A DNA stretch of 64,000 bases from an uncultured Eubacteriales bacterium (GTDB taxonomy: Bacteria > Bacillota_I > Bacilli_A > RFN20 > CAG-288): contig ONBI01000002.1 in assembly GCA_900316035.1 (NCBI GenBank), positions 14,028 to 78,027 on the forward strand. The letters run 5' to 3'. The notes under the pieces were generated by a model, which saw only the letters and a program-made list of their open reading frames with translations, searched no databases and was not told the DNA's origin. Below are positions 47,943 to 57,496 of the stretch, in pieces. Both the position numbers and the translations under genes were made by a program. Position 1 is the first letter of the stretch. Each line of letters opens with the position of its first letter.

Positions 47943-49970
47943 CTAATTCGTAGCCAGAACACTTTCTTCTTTCTGGCTTTTGCTGGATGAACCGTTCTCT
48001 TTCTTTTTCTTCGAAGCAACATACTTCGGCTTATAGAGAAGAGGAGTCATAGCGATCAGCACGCAGAGAAGAAGAATACCGGTATCGGAGAAACCTGAGA
48101 CGACCATCGCCCACGGACCTAAGGCACCCGAGAGAACAAGAACTAAGAACATGACTTTCATCAGCAGAGCAAAGGTGATCGTGACATAGACAATTCGCAT
48201 CGTTTGGTCAGCTAAACGTTTGGCTTCGGCCACTTTCTTTAAGTCATCATCCATGACGACAATATCGCTGGCTTCAATGGCAGCATCGCTTCCTAAGGCA
48301 CCCATCGCTAAGCCGACATCGGCGGCTAAGAGAGCCGGGGAATCGTTGATACCATCGCCGACATAACAGATTTTCGCGCCTTCTTTTTTCTTCTTTTCCA
48401 GAGCAGCGAGTTTTTCTTCCGGAAGCAGTTCTCCATAGGTGAGATCCGCATCGATTTCTTTTCCGACTCTTTCGACGATCTTCTTATCGTCTCCGGAGAG
48501 GATGATGTTCGCCTTTGAACCGTTCTCTTTAAGAGCACGGAGCGTATCTTTGGCTTCGGGTTTAACTTCATCACGGACAACAAAGGAAGCAAGATAAGCT
48601 TTGTTTGCTTCTCCGAGATAGAGAACCTTGAACGGAGTCTCTTCTTCCTTGAATTCCGGAATACCGTTATCGAGAAGGAATTTCTTTGTGCCGATCAGAT
48701 ATTCTTTTCCATCGATTTTTCCTTTGATTCCGTATCCGGTGACATTTTCAAAGTCACTGACTTCTTTTAAGGGTGCTTTGTTTGCTGCCCCGATAGCTTT
48801 TGCTAAGGGATGAGTGGATTTCGCTTCTAAGGAAGCGGCAATCTGCAGCATATCTTCGGAAGGATGATTCTCTAAGACGAAGTTTCCTTTGGTTAAGGTA
48901 CCGGTCTTATCGAAGACAAAGGTGTTGCTCTTGGCAAGATTTTCTAAGGACACCGAACCTTTGATGAGAACACCGAGCTTCGATCCTGCTCCAATACCGG
49001 AGAAGAAAACAAGCGGAACACCGATAACCAGAGCACAAGGACAGGCAATCAATAAGACAGAAGCGGCTTTATAAAGCCAATCTCTTCCACCGTTTACCCA
49101 ATCCCAACCGGATAAACCATAACCGAGAAGGAAGACGATAAGAGCGATAACCATAACAGCAGGAGTGTAGATCTTAGCAAAACGGGAAATGAACTTTTCG
49201 GTCTTGGCTTTCTTCGCCTGTTCGTTCTTAACAAGGTCAAGAATCTTGGCTAAGGTCGAATCCGAATAGGCTTTACTGGTCTTAATCAATAGTACAGAAG
49301 AAAGGTTGACACTACCGGAATAGATCTCTTCTCCTTCTTTGACATCGCGAGGTAAGGATTCTCCGTTGAGAGAAGAAAGATCTAAGGAGGATTTTCCTTT
49401 GACAATCACACCATCGATCGGAATCTTTTCCCCAGGACGGATTTCAAGAAGAGAGCCGACAGGAATCTCTTCCGGATCTTTATCCACGAACGTGCCATCT
49501 GCCTGTTGGAGATGAGCGTAAAGCGGCATATTGTTGATCAACTTTGCAATCGAAGCTTTGGATTTATCGGTAGCAAAGTCTTCTAACATCTCTCCGACTA
49601 AAGCAAAGAGAAGAACAAAGAGAGCTTCCGGGAATTCGCCGATACCATAAGCCGAAGCAGTAGCGACGATCATCAAGGTAGATTCGTTGAAGATGTTTCC
49701 TTCTTTCAGTTCTCCGATACCATCTTTCATGGCAAAGAAGAGCAGAGGAAAATAACCGATGGTATAGAAGAGGAAAGCGATAAAAGCATAAGAAGAATAG
49801 AAACCAGGATCGGAGAACATCTCCCACGAGATTTCTCCATAGGTGGCATCTAACTTCTGAAGAACAATCGCAATAAGGAGGAAGGCGGTTCCTACTATCA
49901 GAAGAACAAGGCTTTTGATTTTCTCACCCTTCTCTTCGGATTCTTCGGTTTCACAGGCTTTGCAGGACAT
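47943..49970 (-). CDS. heavy-metal (Zn/Cd/Co-type) P1B-type ATPase
   Basis: CPC (ACPCALVIG), DKTGTLT, STHPLAKAI and GDGINDSPAL. There is no HMA domain, only an N-terminal MSCKAC CxxC. Confidence 0.85.
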   Translation of the reverse strand: MSCKACETEESEEKGEKIKSLVLLIVGTAFLLIAIVLQKLDATYGEISWEMFSDPGFYSSYAFIAFLFYTIGYFPLLFFAMKDGIGELKEGNIFNESTLMIVATASAYGIGEFPEALFVLLFALVGEMLEDFATDKSKASIAKLINNMPLYAHLQQADGTFVDKDPEEIPVGSLLEIRPGEKIPIDGVIVKGKSSLDLSSLNGESLPRDVKEGEEIYSGSVNLSSVLLIKTSKAYSDSTLAKILDLVKNEQAKKAKTEKFISRFAKIYTPAVMVIALIVFLLGYGLSGWDWVNGGRDWLYKAASVLLIACPCALVIGVPLVFFSGIGAGSKLGVLIKGSVSLENLAKSNTFVFDKTGTLTKGNFVLENHPSEDMLQIAASLEAKSTHPLAKAIGAANKAPLKEVSDFENVTGYGIKGKIDGKEYLIGTKKFLLDNGIPEFKEEETPFKVLYLGEANKAYLASFVVRDEVKPEAKDTLRALKENGSKANIILSGDDKKIVERVGKEIDADLTYGELLPEEKLAALEKKKKEGAKICYVGDGINDSPALLAADVGLAMGALGSDAAIEASDIVVMDDDLKKVAEAKRLADQTMRIVYVTITFALLMKVMFLVLVLSGALGPWAMVVSGFSDTGILLLCVLIAMTPLLYKPKYVASKKKKENGSSSKSQKEESVLATN

Positions 49971-49982
49971 AAGAATCTCCTT

Positions 49983-50031
49983 TCATATGACTTATTACTC
50001 ATATGATAGAACGTTCATATATAAGATTCAA
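49983..50031 (-). promoter_or_regulatory. candidate ATPase promoter with an embedded ArsR-type operator
   Basis: Minus strand reads TTGAAT (50031-26), 17 nt, TATCAT (50008-03). The spacer holds the perfect palindrome GAACGTTC with ATAT/TAT flanks. Three TCATAT(G/A)(A/T) units start at 49983, 49999 and 50015, a 16-bp period. Confidence 0.4.
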
Positions 50032-50618
50032 CCCTTTTCGTATGGAATCCTCAAAAAAGTTTTGACTGCAAAAGTCGCAGGCTGTTTCTTTATATATATA
50101 TAAATAGGAAAGGGAAACGCTAAATTACCTTAGGCTTGAAGAACAAAATATTAAGAAAACGCTTCTTAGATGGGCCTGGCTATTCCAAAGGGAAACTAAG
50201 CAAAAGCAAAGTCGTTTTGAAATAGCGATAGATTTTCTCCGTTCCTTCTAATTTCTCTGAAAAATGAGCGTTTTTGTAAACTATGATTTTTTTAAGAGTT
50301 TCCGTGTTACATGCCAAATTAAGAAATGCACAGAAAGTGAATTGCTGATATTTTGCCGATGTTCCTAAGCGTTTTTCTAATTTTGAATAGTTGAGTTTTC
50401 ATTAACCAGTTATTACAATAGGTAAGCCTTCATTCTTCGTGGAAGAGGGCGTAAAGCAAGCGGAATTTTTTTGGAATTGGGATTTGAGAGAACATCTCTT
50501 TTTTGGGTTGTTCCTCTTTACCTGGTCTATTATCTTTTCTATTTTTGCAAAGTTTTAGAAAATAGCGAACTACTTTTCTTCTTTGGAAAGATAGTTTTTC
50601 TGTTTATTCTTCGAATTC

Positions 50619-50645
50619 GGTGGGGTAACCCACCTTTTTTCTTTT
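50619..50645 (+). terminator. orphan rho-independent terminator inside the long PFOR upstream region
   Basis: GGTGGG-gtaa-CCCACC followed by TTTTTTCTTTTT. No CDS lies upstream of it. Confidence 0.6.
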
Positions 50646-50761
50646 TCTCTTTTGTTTTCTCAACACAAGAGAGTTTTCAAGGTTCCTGAATTTCCGCTTT
50701 TAAGGGCTTTCTTTTGGTTTATAATAACAGCCGGAGAACTTTTACCAAATTGGAGGATGTT

Positions 50762-53700
50762 ATGGAAAAAGAGAAATTCTCATTCAAGTCCGTCGATGGT
50801 AATACCGCGGCAGCTTTAGGCTCCTACAAGTTCACTGAAGTTGCGGCGATCTACCCCATCACTCCGTCCAGCCCTATGGCGGAGCATGTCGATGAGTATG
50901 CTGCTGCCGGTATGAAGAACGTCTTCGGCGATACGGTCAAGGTCATGGAGATGCAGTCGGAGGCTGGTGCTTCCGGTGCGGTCCATGGTGCTGCTCAGGG
51001 TGGTGCCTTAGCAACGACTTATACCGCTTCGCAGGGTCTTCTTCTGATGATTCCGAACGTTTATAAGTGGGTCGGCGAGGAACTTCCGATTGTCATGCAT
51101 GTCGCTGCCCGTTCGTTAGCTTCCCGTTCGCTTTCTATTTTCGGCGATCATGGCGATGTCTATGCTCTTCGTCAGACCGGTGCTGCGATGATCTGCTCGC
51201 AGTCCGTTCAGGATGTTGCCGATCTTGCCCCGTTAGCGCATCTTGTCGCTATCAAGGGTTCGACTCCGGTCATCCACTTCTTCGATGGCTTCCGTACTTC
51301 TCACGAAATCCAGAACGTTGAGTTCGTCAACGATGATTTCTGGGCTTCTTTACTCGATAAGGAAGCGGTTGCCAACTTCAAGAAGAGAGCTCTTAACCCG
51401 CATGGACATGCGGTCACCAGAGGCGGTGCGGAAAACGACGATATCACTTTCCAGGGCCGTGAAGCTCAGAACATCCACGAAGCGAAGATTGTCGATGTCG
51501 CTTGCGAATACTTCCAGAAGGTCAGTGATGCTACTGGCAGAACCTATGCTCCATTCGTCTATGTCGGCGATCCGGAAGCGGAGAGAGTCATCATCGCGAT
51601 GGGTTCGGTCACCGAAACGGCTACCGAGGTCGTCGAAGATATGAATTCCCGTGGCGAGAAGGTCGGTCTTGTCAAGGTCTACCTCTATCGTCCGTTCTCT
51701 GCGAAGCATTTACTCGCTGTTTTACCGAAGTCCGTCAAGACCATCGCGGTCTTAGATAGAACCAAGGAGCCTGGCTCCGTCGGCGAACCGTTATATCTCG
51801 ATGTTCTTGCTGCTCTTGAACAGAACGGCAGAACCGATATCAAGGTTATCGGTGGCCGTTATGGTGTCTCCTCTAAGGATACTGGCCCGAAGCATGTCAA
51901 GGCTGTCTATGACTTCCTTGCTGCGAAGACCAATTGGACCGGCTTCACGGTCGGTATCGAGGACGATGTTACGAACCTTTCGATCCCGGTTGATGAAAAC
52001 TACATCATCAAGCACGACTATACTTCCTGCCTCTTCTGGGGCTTAGGATCCGATGGTACCGTCGGTGCTAACAAGTCTTCCGTCAAGATCATCGGTGATG
52101 AGACCCATCAGTATGCGCAGGCTTATTTCGCCTACGATTCCCGTAAGTCCGGCGGTGTCACCCGCTCGCACTTACGTTTCGGTCACACTCCGATTCATTC
52201 GACTTACTATGTTGAGAACGCCGACTTCATCTCCTGCTCTTTGGATTCCTATATCTTCAAGTTCGACCTTATCGGCAACCTCAGAGATGGCGGAACCTTC
52301 CTTCTCAACACCAATATGAGCGATGAAGAACTCGTCAAGGCTATGCCTAACCGCATGAAGAAGCAGTTAGCCACCAAGCATGCGAAGTTCTATGTCATCG
52401 ATGCGAACAAGATCGCTCTCTCCATCGGTATGGGTCGTCATACCAACACCATTCTCCAGTCTGCGTTCTTCTATCTCAACCCGCAGATCATGCCGTATGA
52501 AGAAGCCAATAAGTGGATGAAGATCTTCGCCCAGAAGACTTATGCCAAGAAGGGTGATGATATCGTCCAGATGAACTACAAGGCCATCGATTCCGGTACC
52601 GAAGGCTTACGTCAGATCTCGGTCGATCCTGCTTGGGCGGATCTTCCGGTCAATTCGATGATCAAGCCGACCGGCGATGACTATTGGGATAACTATGTTG
52701 CGGTTATCGGCGCTCTCGATGGCTACAATCTCCCTGTCTCTACTTTCCGTAAGTGGGAACTCGAAGATGGCACCATGGAAGAGAACATCACTCTCAAAGA
52801 GAAGAGAGCTATTGCGGACCGTGTCCCTGTCTGGGATAGAAATAACTGCATCCAGTGCAACCAGTGCGCCTTCGTCTGCCCGCATGCGACGATCCGTCCG
52901 GTCCTTTTAACCGATGAAGAGATCGCTAAGCTTCCGGAAGACGAACGTGAAGATGTTTTACCGGCATTAGGTGGACCGAATGTCAAGGGACTCAAGTTCC
53001 GTATCCAGGTCAACCCGATGGATTGCGTCGGCTGCTCACTCTGCGTCAACCAGTGCCCGGGCAAGATGACTCCGAAGAAGGATGAAAACGGCGCCATCGT
53101 CAAAGATGAGAACGGCAAGCCGGTCATGGAAGCCCACAAGGCTCTCAAGATGGTCGATGCCAAGTCTCAGTACAAGCATCAGGAAGCTGCGGATTACCTC
53201 TACAGCCTTGAACCGAAGACCGGTTATTATCCGGCTGGAACGGTCAAGGAAGTCGCTTTCTATAAGCCGTATCAGGAAGTCTCCGGCGCCTGCGCAGGCT
53301 GCGGTGAGACTCCGTACTATCGTCTTGTCACTCAGCTCTTCGGTCCGGATATGTTAGTTGCTAACGCGACTGGCTGCTCTTCGATTTACAACGGTTCCAC
53401 TCCGCTTTCTCCGTTCGTCAACAACAAGAACGGTGAAGGTGTCGCTTGGGCTAACTCGCTCTTCGAAGATAATGCTGAATACGGCTATGGTATGAGACTT
53501 GCGACCGATTACAAGCTCTATCGTATCTGCCAGATCATCACGCAGAACGAGAAGGATGTTGAACCGGAACTCAAGGAAGTCTTAGACGATTATGTCGCTC
53601 ACATCAAGGATAGAAAGCACGTTCGTACGATCCTTCCGAAGATGCTCGCCTTAATCGAAGCTTCTAAGAACGAAGGCATCAAGGCCTTACTTCCGATGAG

Positions 53701-54373
53701 AAATGACTTACTCGATAAGTCTGTCTGGATCGTCGGTGGTGATGGCTGGGCTTACGATATCGGCTTCGGCGGACTCGATCATGTCATCGCCAGTGAAGAC
53801 GATGTCAACATCTTGGTTCTTGATACCGAGGTCTATTCCAACACCGGTGGTCAGGCTTCCAAGTCCTCTCAGACCGGTCAGATTGCTAAGTTCGCTGCCT
53901 CCGGTAAGAAGACTGCGAAGAAGAACCTTGGCTTAATCGCTATGGCTTACGATCACGTCTATGTCGCTTCTATCTCCTTAGGCGCTAACCCGTCGATGGC
54001 AATCAAAGCGATACAGGAAGCGGAATCCTATAATGGTCCGTCTCTCATCATGTGCTATTGCCCGTGCCAGGAACAGGGTATCAAGGGCGGTTTAGGTAAC
54101 GCCATGGCTCAGGAGAGATTAGCCGTTGAGTGCGGTTACTTCCTCACCTACACCTTCGATCCGAGACTTGCTGCTAAGGGCGAGACTCCGCTCAAGATGT
54201 ATGGTAAGACTCCTGACTTCACCAAGATCAAGGACTTCTTACTCACTTCGAGCCGTTATTCGCAGCTTCCGAGAGTCAATCCGGAGCATGCGGAAGAGCT
54301 CTTCGCTAAGAACGCCAAGTATGCAGAACGTCGTTATCACGACATTCTCCGCTATGGCGGATTAGAGAAGTAA
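50762..54373 (+). CDS. nifJ: pyruvate:ferredoxin (flavodoxin) oxidoreductase, single-chain
   Basis: About 1200 aa. Motifs IYPITPSSPMAE, 2x[4Fe-4S] CIQCNQCAFVCPHA / CVGCSLCVNQCP, and TPP site GGDGWAYDIGFGGLDHV. Start set at MEKEKF, after GGAGGA. Confidence 0.95.
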   Translation: MEKEKFSFKSVDGNTAAALGSYKFTEVAAIYPITPSSPMAEHVDEYAAAGMKNVFGDTVKVMEMQSEAGASGAVHGAAQGGALATTYTASQGLLLMIPNVYKWVGEELPIVMHVAARSLASRSLSIFGDHGDVYALRQTGAAMICSQSVQDVADLAPLAHLVAIKGSTPVIHFFDGFRTSHEIQNVEFVNDDFWASLLDKEAVANFKKRALNPHGHAVTRGGAENDDITFQGREAQNIHEAKIVDVACEYFQKVSDATGRTYAPFVYVGDPEAERVIIAMGSVTETATEVVEDMNSRGEKVGLVKVYLYRPFSAKHLLAVLPKSVKTIAVLDRTKEPGSVGEPLYLDVLAALEQNGRTDIKVIGGRYGVSSKDTGPKHVKAVYDFLAAKTNWTGFTVGIEDDVTNLSIPVDENYIIKHDYTSCLFWGLGSDGTVGANKSSVKIIGDETHQYAQAYFAYDSRKSGGVTRSHLRFGHTPIHSTYYVENADFISCSLDSYIFKFDLIGNLRDGGTFLLNTNMSDEELVKAMPNRMKKQLATKHAKFYVIDANKIALSIGMGRHTNTILQSAFFYLNPQIMPYEEANKWMKIFAQKTYAKKGDDIVQMNYKAIDSGTEGLRQISVDPAWADLPVNSMIKPTGDDYWDNYVAVIGALDGYNLPVSTFRKWELEDGTMEENITLKEKRAIADRVPVWDRNNCIQCNQCAFVCPHATIRPVLLTDEEIAKLPEDEREDVLPALGGPNVKGLKFRIQVNPMDCVGCSLCVNQCPGKMTPKKDENGAIVKDENGKPVMEAHKALKMVDAKSQYKHQEAADYLYSLEPKTGYYPAGTVKEVAFYKPYQEVSGACAGCGETPYYRLVTQLFGPDMLVANATGCSSIYNGSTPLSPFVNNKNGEGVAWANSLFEDNAEYGYGMRLATDYKLYRICQIITQNEKDVEPELKEVLDDYVAHIKDRKHVRTILPKMLALIEASKNEGIKALLPMRNDLLDKSVWIVGGDGWAYDIGFGGLDHVIASEDDVNILVLDTEVYSNTGGQASKSSQTGQIAKFAASGKKTAKKNLGLIAMAYDHVYVASISLGANPSMAIKAIQEAESYNGPSLIMCYCPCQEQGIKGGLGNAMAQERLAVECGYFLTYTFDPRLAAKGETPLKMYGKTPDFTKIKDFLLTSSRYSQLPRVNPEHAEELFAKNAKYAERRYHDILRYGGLEK

Positions 54374-54392
54374 TCTTCTCCAAGTAGAAATC

Positions 54393-54436
54393 AGCAGAGA
54401 GAGGTAACCTAAACGTTCTTCTCTCTGCTTTTTTGA
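54393..54436 (+). terminator. rho-independent terminator after PFOR
   Basis: AGCAGAGAGA / TCTCTCTGCT 10-bp stem followed by TTTTTT. Confidence 0.65.
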
Positions 54437-54564
54437 TGGCTTGGAAAGCTGAATGCACAAGAAGGCACAAAAAATATTACGAATTTGAATTGCTAAAAAG
54501 TCCATAGATATCGAGTGATTTACGAATTATAGATCCCTTCCGCTTCCGAAGGGTTGACTAGCAA

Positions 54565-54601
54565 GGAAAAAATCTCCGGATTCTTTGTTTCCAGAGATTT
54601 T
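54565..54601 (-). terminator. rho-independent terminator after the AlbA_2-domain gene
   Basis: Minus strand reads AAAATCTCTGG-loop-CCGGAGATTTT followed by TTTTT. Confidence 0.55.
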
Positions 54602-54622
54602 CTTCCTGGTTCTTAGAGAAGA

Positions 54623-56089
54623 TTACTTCTTATCTTCTTCGGTAAGAACGTAATTTCTTTTCTTACTCAGCGGAGCTAAACGTATTTTTCCTTCTTCTTT
54701 TAAGGTGCGTAGGAAGAGGGTGGCTTTTGACTCACGGAAGCCGAAAAGTTTACAGATATCTTTTCTGGTGAAAGAAGAGGTATTGAAAGCTTCTTTCATC
54801 TTCAGAAGCATCTTCTCTTCTTCTCCCATTTCCTCTTCGGGTATCTTGTTATTTTCTTCTGTTTCTTTTTTTATCAGAGGTAAAGTAAGAATTGTTCTAT
54901 CCGGGGACACTTTTTCTTCGAGAGTAAGATTCGGTAAACGGTATTTCTTCAGAGCTTCTTCCATCAAAGGGAAACCGGAACCTGCCCGTTCTCCGTAATT
55001 GAGAAAAGAAAGAAGCTTCTGAACAACGGCATTTCTCGGATCGGAATGACCGCCTTCTAACACTTCTTCTTTAGGAAGGCGGAGAAGACCTGGATTTTCG
55101 ATGACGATTTCATCCGGATAATGGCGGATAATTAGCCCCTGCGAATAAGCAAAATCGGCATTGCAGATGGCATTGACAACACCTTCTCTGATAGCCCGGA
55201 AAAGAAGAGCATCATCTTCTCTTTCAGCACTGCCTTCTTTCCAAGCAAAAGTATCTTTGGAATTCATTCGGATATGTTGAAGAGAAAGGCTGAGGAAATC
55301 AAAGAGATTTCCGCTCCAATAGCCGGAAGTGGAATAAACACGGTCGGAATATTTGGTAACCAGATCATGCGAAAGGCTATAGGTATAGTCGAGGAAATAG
55401 TAGGGGAAGCGGGATTCGATTTCCTCTTCCCTTCCAAAGAAGAGAAGGCCTTCCTTCGTAAGACCGATAGAGTCTTTTTCTCTTTTTGCAGCACCGATAC
55501 GAAGGAGAAAATCTTCTTTTTCTAAAGATAAGAAAGGATGACCAGGACGACTGTTCTGGAATTGCTGTCGATAAGAAACATAGCTTTCTTCCTGTAGAGC
55601 AGAAAGCGGAGCTATTAGCTTTGCATCGTTATCGTCCAGACTATCGGCTATCAGAGCTTTTACTTCTGGCTCTGGGCAAAGATAATCTCCATCCCGATTT
55701 CTCTTATAGGTCCCACGGAAAGGATTTCCATTGATATATACCGGCTTAAAATGTCTTTCCGCTTGAGGAACATGGATGGTGATAAGAGTGTAGTCCCCTT
55801 CTTTTATCACTTTGACGTCGTCTTCCTTGAGAAGATTGACAGAGACTTTCTTAGGGTCGTTCAGTAAATTAAAGAAATCTTTTAAAATCTTATCGGGATC
55901 TTCAATCTTGACCGGCGTAAAAGAACCATCCGCTTCTTCTTTTACTCCTAAAAAGATCACACCGCCAAAGGTGTTAGCAAAAGCGGAATAGGTGTCCCAA
56001 AGATTTGGTAGACCTTTTACTGCTTGCTTTGCTTCTATTTGATTATTCTCACGAAGCTTATCAAGATCTTTTATGCCAAACCGATCCAT
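54623..56089 (-). CDS. AlbA_2 (Schlafen-like) DNA-binding domain protein with a HATPase_c_4-like region and a C-terminal wHTH; putative transcriptional regulator
   Basis: The N-terminus QIEAKQAVKGLPNLWDTYSAFANTFGGVIFLGVKE is the AlbA_2 signature. The C-terminus FTRKDICKLFGFRESKATLFLRTLKEEGKI is wHTH-like. ATG 56089 is better spaced from the GAGGA than GTG 56095. Confidence 0.6.
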   Translation of the reverse strand: MDRFGIKDLDKLRENNQIEAKQAVKGLPNLWDTYSAFANTFGGVIFLGVKEEADGSFTPVKIEDPDKILKDFFNLLNDPKKVSVNLLKEDDVKVIKEGDYTLITIHVPQAERHFKPVYINGNPFRGTYKRNRDGDYLCPEPEVKALIADSLDDNDAKLIAPLSALQEESYVSYRQQFQNSRPGHPFLSLEKEDFLLRIGAAKREKDSIGLTKEGLLFFGREEEIESRFPYYFLDYTYSLSHDLVTKYSDRVYSTSGYWSGNLFDFLSLSLQHIRMNSKDTFAWKEGSAEREDDALLFRAIREGVVNAICNADFAYSQGLIIRHYPDEIVIENPGLLRLPKEEVLEGGHSDPRNAVVQKLLSFLNYGERAGSGFPLMEEALKKYRLPNLTLEEKVSPDRTILTLPLIKKETEENNKIPEEEMGEEEKMLLKMKEAFNTSSFTRKDICKLFGFRESKATLFLRTLKEEGKIRLAPLSKKRNYVLTEEDKK

Positions 56090-56133
56090 ATCCACATCCT
56101 CGTTTTGAATAAATTATATATGGTAATCGAAGC

Positions 56134-56196
56134 AAACGCAAGAAACGCGTAAAACGCGTAAAACGCATAAAACGCATAAAACGCGTAAAACGGACA
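56134..56196. repeat. tandem repeat, 7 x 9 bp (AAACGCGTA consensus)
   Basis: The units read AAACGCAAG AAACGCGTA AAACGCGTA AAACGCATA AAACGCATA AAACGCGTA AAACGGACA, in the divergent intergenic region. Confidence 0.95.
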
Positions 56197-56343
56197 TTAA
56201 TCAATTGCAATATAATAGATTTAAATAATCAATAACAACAAAAATGTATAAATTTGAAAGGCCGTTTTCCCTATACAAGAAAGATAAGATAAAATAGAAA
56301 CGTTGAGGTAGGTTATTGTTACTCATCAAAGGAGCTATGGAAA

Positions 56344-56712
56344 ATGTATTGTCCCCATTGTGGTAAAGAAGTGAAGGAAAGCGATTTGTTCTGCCCTTAT
56401 TGTGGGGCGGATCTAAGAAGAAGCAACTATAGCCAAAGTCAGGCGAATTATGTTCCGAGCGGAAACAGCTACAACGCTAACTCGGAATATTCTTCGAAGA
56501 GCTGGTTAGCCACTTTCCTGCTTTGGATGTTCTTAGGAACTTTTGGCGCTCATCGCTTCTATGTAGGAAAAATCGGTACCGGTCTTCTTTGGTTAGTCAC
56601 TTTCGGTCTTTTCGGTATCGGTTATATTATCGATCTTATTCTCATTGTCACGATGGATTTCACCGATTCAGATGGCAAGAAGATCGATATGAAGTACGAT
56701 AATCTACGGTAA
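56344..56712 (+). CDS. zinc-ribbon plus TM2-domain membrane protein
   Basis: CPHCG...CPYCG zinc ribbon. [22 protein letters not shown] is the TM2 domain signature. Confidence 0.75.
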   Translation: MYCPHCGKEVKESDLFCPYCGADLRRSNYSQSQANYVPSGNSYNANSEYSSKSWLATFLLWMFLGTFGAHRFYVGKIGTGLLWLVTFGLFGIGYIIDLILIVTMDFTDSDGKKIDMKYDNLR

Positions 56713-56755
56713 TATTCTTCTTAGTTCTGTTTGTTAGGAGGGAGAAAGACGCATT

Positions 56756-57496
56756 ATGGCAAGCATAGAAAAAGATGCAGAAGTTCTTCAGAAGCTGATT
56801 GATGAAAGCCATCATATTGTCTTTTTCGGTGGAGCAGGAGTATCGACTGAATCCGGAATACCGGATTTCCGTTCTCAGGATGGTCTTTATCATCAGAAAT
56901 ATAAATATGATCCGGAAGTGATTATCTCCCATGATTTCTTCGAAGAAAATCCGAAAGAGTTCTATCGTTTCTATCGAGATAGAATGCTCTATCTCGATGC
57001 CAAACCCAATGCCTGTCATCTTTATCTTGCTAAGTTAGAAGAAGCGCATAAACTGGATGCGATTGTCACGCAGAATATCGATGGTCTTCATCAATTAGCA
57101 GGAAGTAAACACGTCATCGAAGTACATGGCAGTGTTCATCGCAATATCTGTGAAAGATGCGGAAAGGTCTATTCTGCGGAATATATCAAAGAAGAAAACA
57201 AGGAAGAGGTTCCGCATTGTCCAAGCTGTGGAGGCATTATCAAACCCGATGTTGTTTTATATGGGGAAGCTCTCAATGAAATGGATGTCACCAAAGCCTT
57301 GGTTGCTATCTCCCAGGCCGATTTATTGATTGTCGCCGGTACTTCTTTGGTGGTTTATCCGGCTGCCGGTTTTATCAACTACTTCCAAGGAAAACATATG
57401 GTTCTGATCAACAAGGATGAGAGCCAGGCCGATAGCAGAGCCGACGTCGTGATTCATCAGAAAGTAGGAGAACTTTTCTCCTTATTGAAAGTATGA
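56756..57496 (+). CDS. cobB: NAD-dependent protein deacylase (canonical sirtuin, CobB type)
   Basis: Motifs GAGVSTESGIPDFRS, TQNIDGLH and catalytic EVHGS. Zn ribbon CERCG...CPSCGG. Confidence 0.9.
   Translation: MASIEKDAEVLQKLIDESHHIVFFGGAGVSTESGIPDFRSQDGLYHQKYKYDPEVIISHDFFEENPKEFYRFYRDRMLYLDAKPNACHLYLAKLEEAHKLDAIVTQNIDGLHQLAGSKHVIEVHGSVHRNICERCGKVYSAEYIKEENKEEVPHCPSCGGIIKPDVVLYGEALNEMDVTKALVAISQADLLIVAGTSLVVYPAAGFINYFQGKHMVLINKDESQADSRADVVIHQKVGELFSLLKV

Noticed and set aside
50471-50689. 72-aa plus-strand ORF upstream of PFOR
   Set aside because: Its sequence is Phe/Leu-rich low-complexity. It reads straight through the intrinsic terminator at 50619-50645 and has no SD.
56134-56196. Tandem repeat considered as a CRISPR array
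   Set aside because: The units are 9 bp and contiguous with no spacers, and there are no cas genes. It is a microsatellite or operator-like array, not a CRISPR.
56756-57496. Sir2 gene considered as an anti-phage (Thoeris, DSR or Sir2-HerA type) effector
   Set aside because: It has the full canonical deacylase motif set (GAGxSxxxGIPDFRS, TQNIDGLH, HG, four-Cys zinc ribbon) and a normal CobB size. It has no SLOG, TIR, HerA, pAgo or STAND partner.
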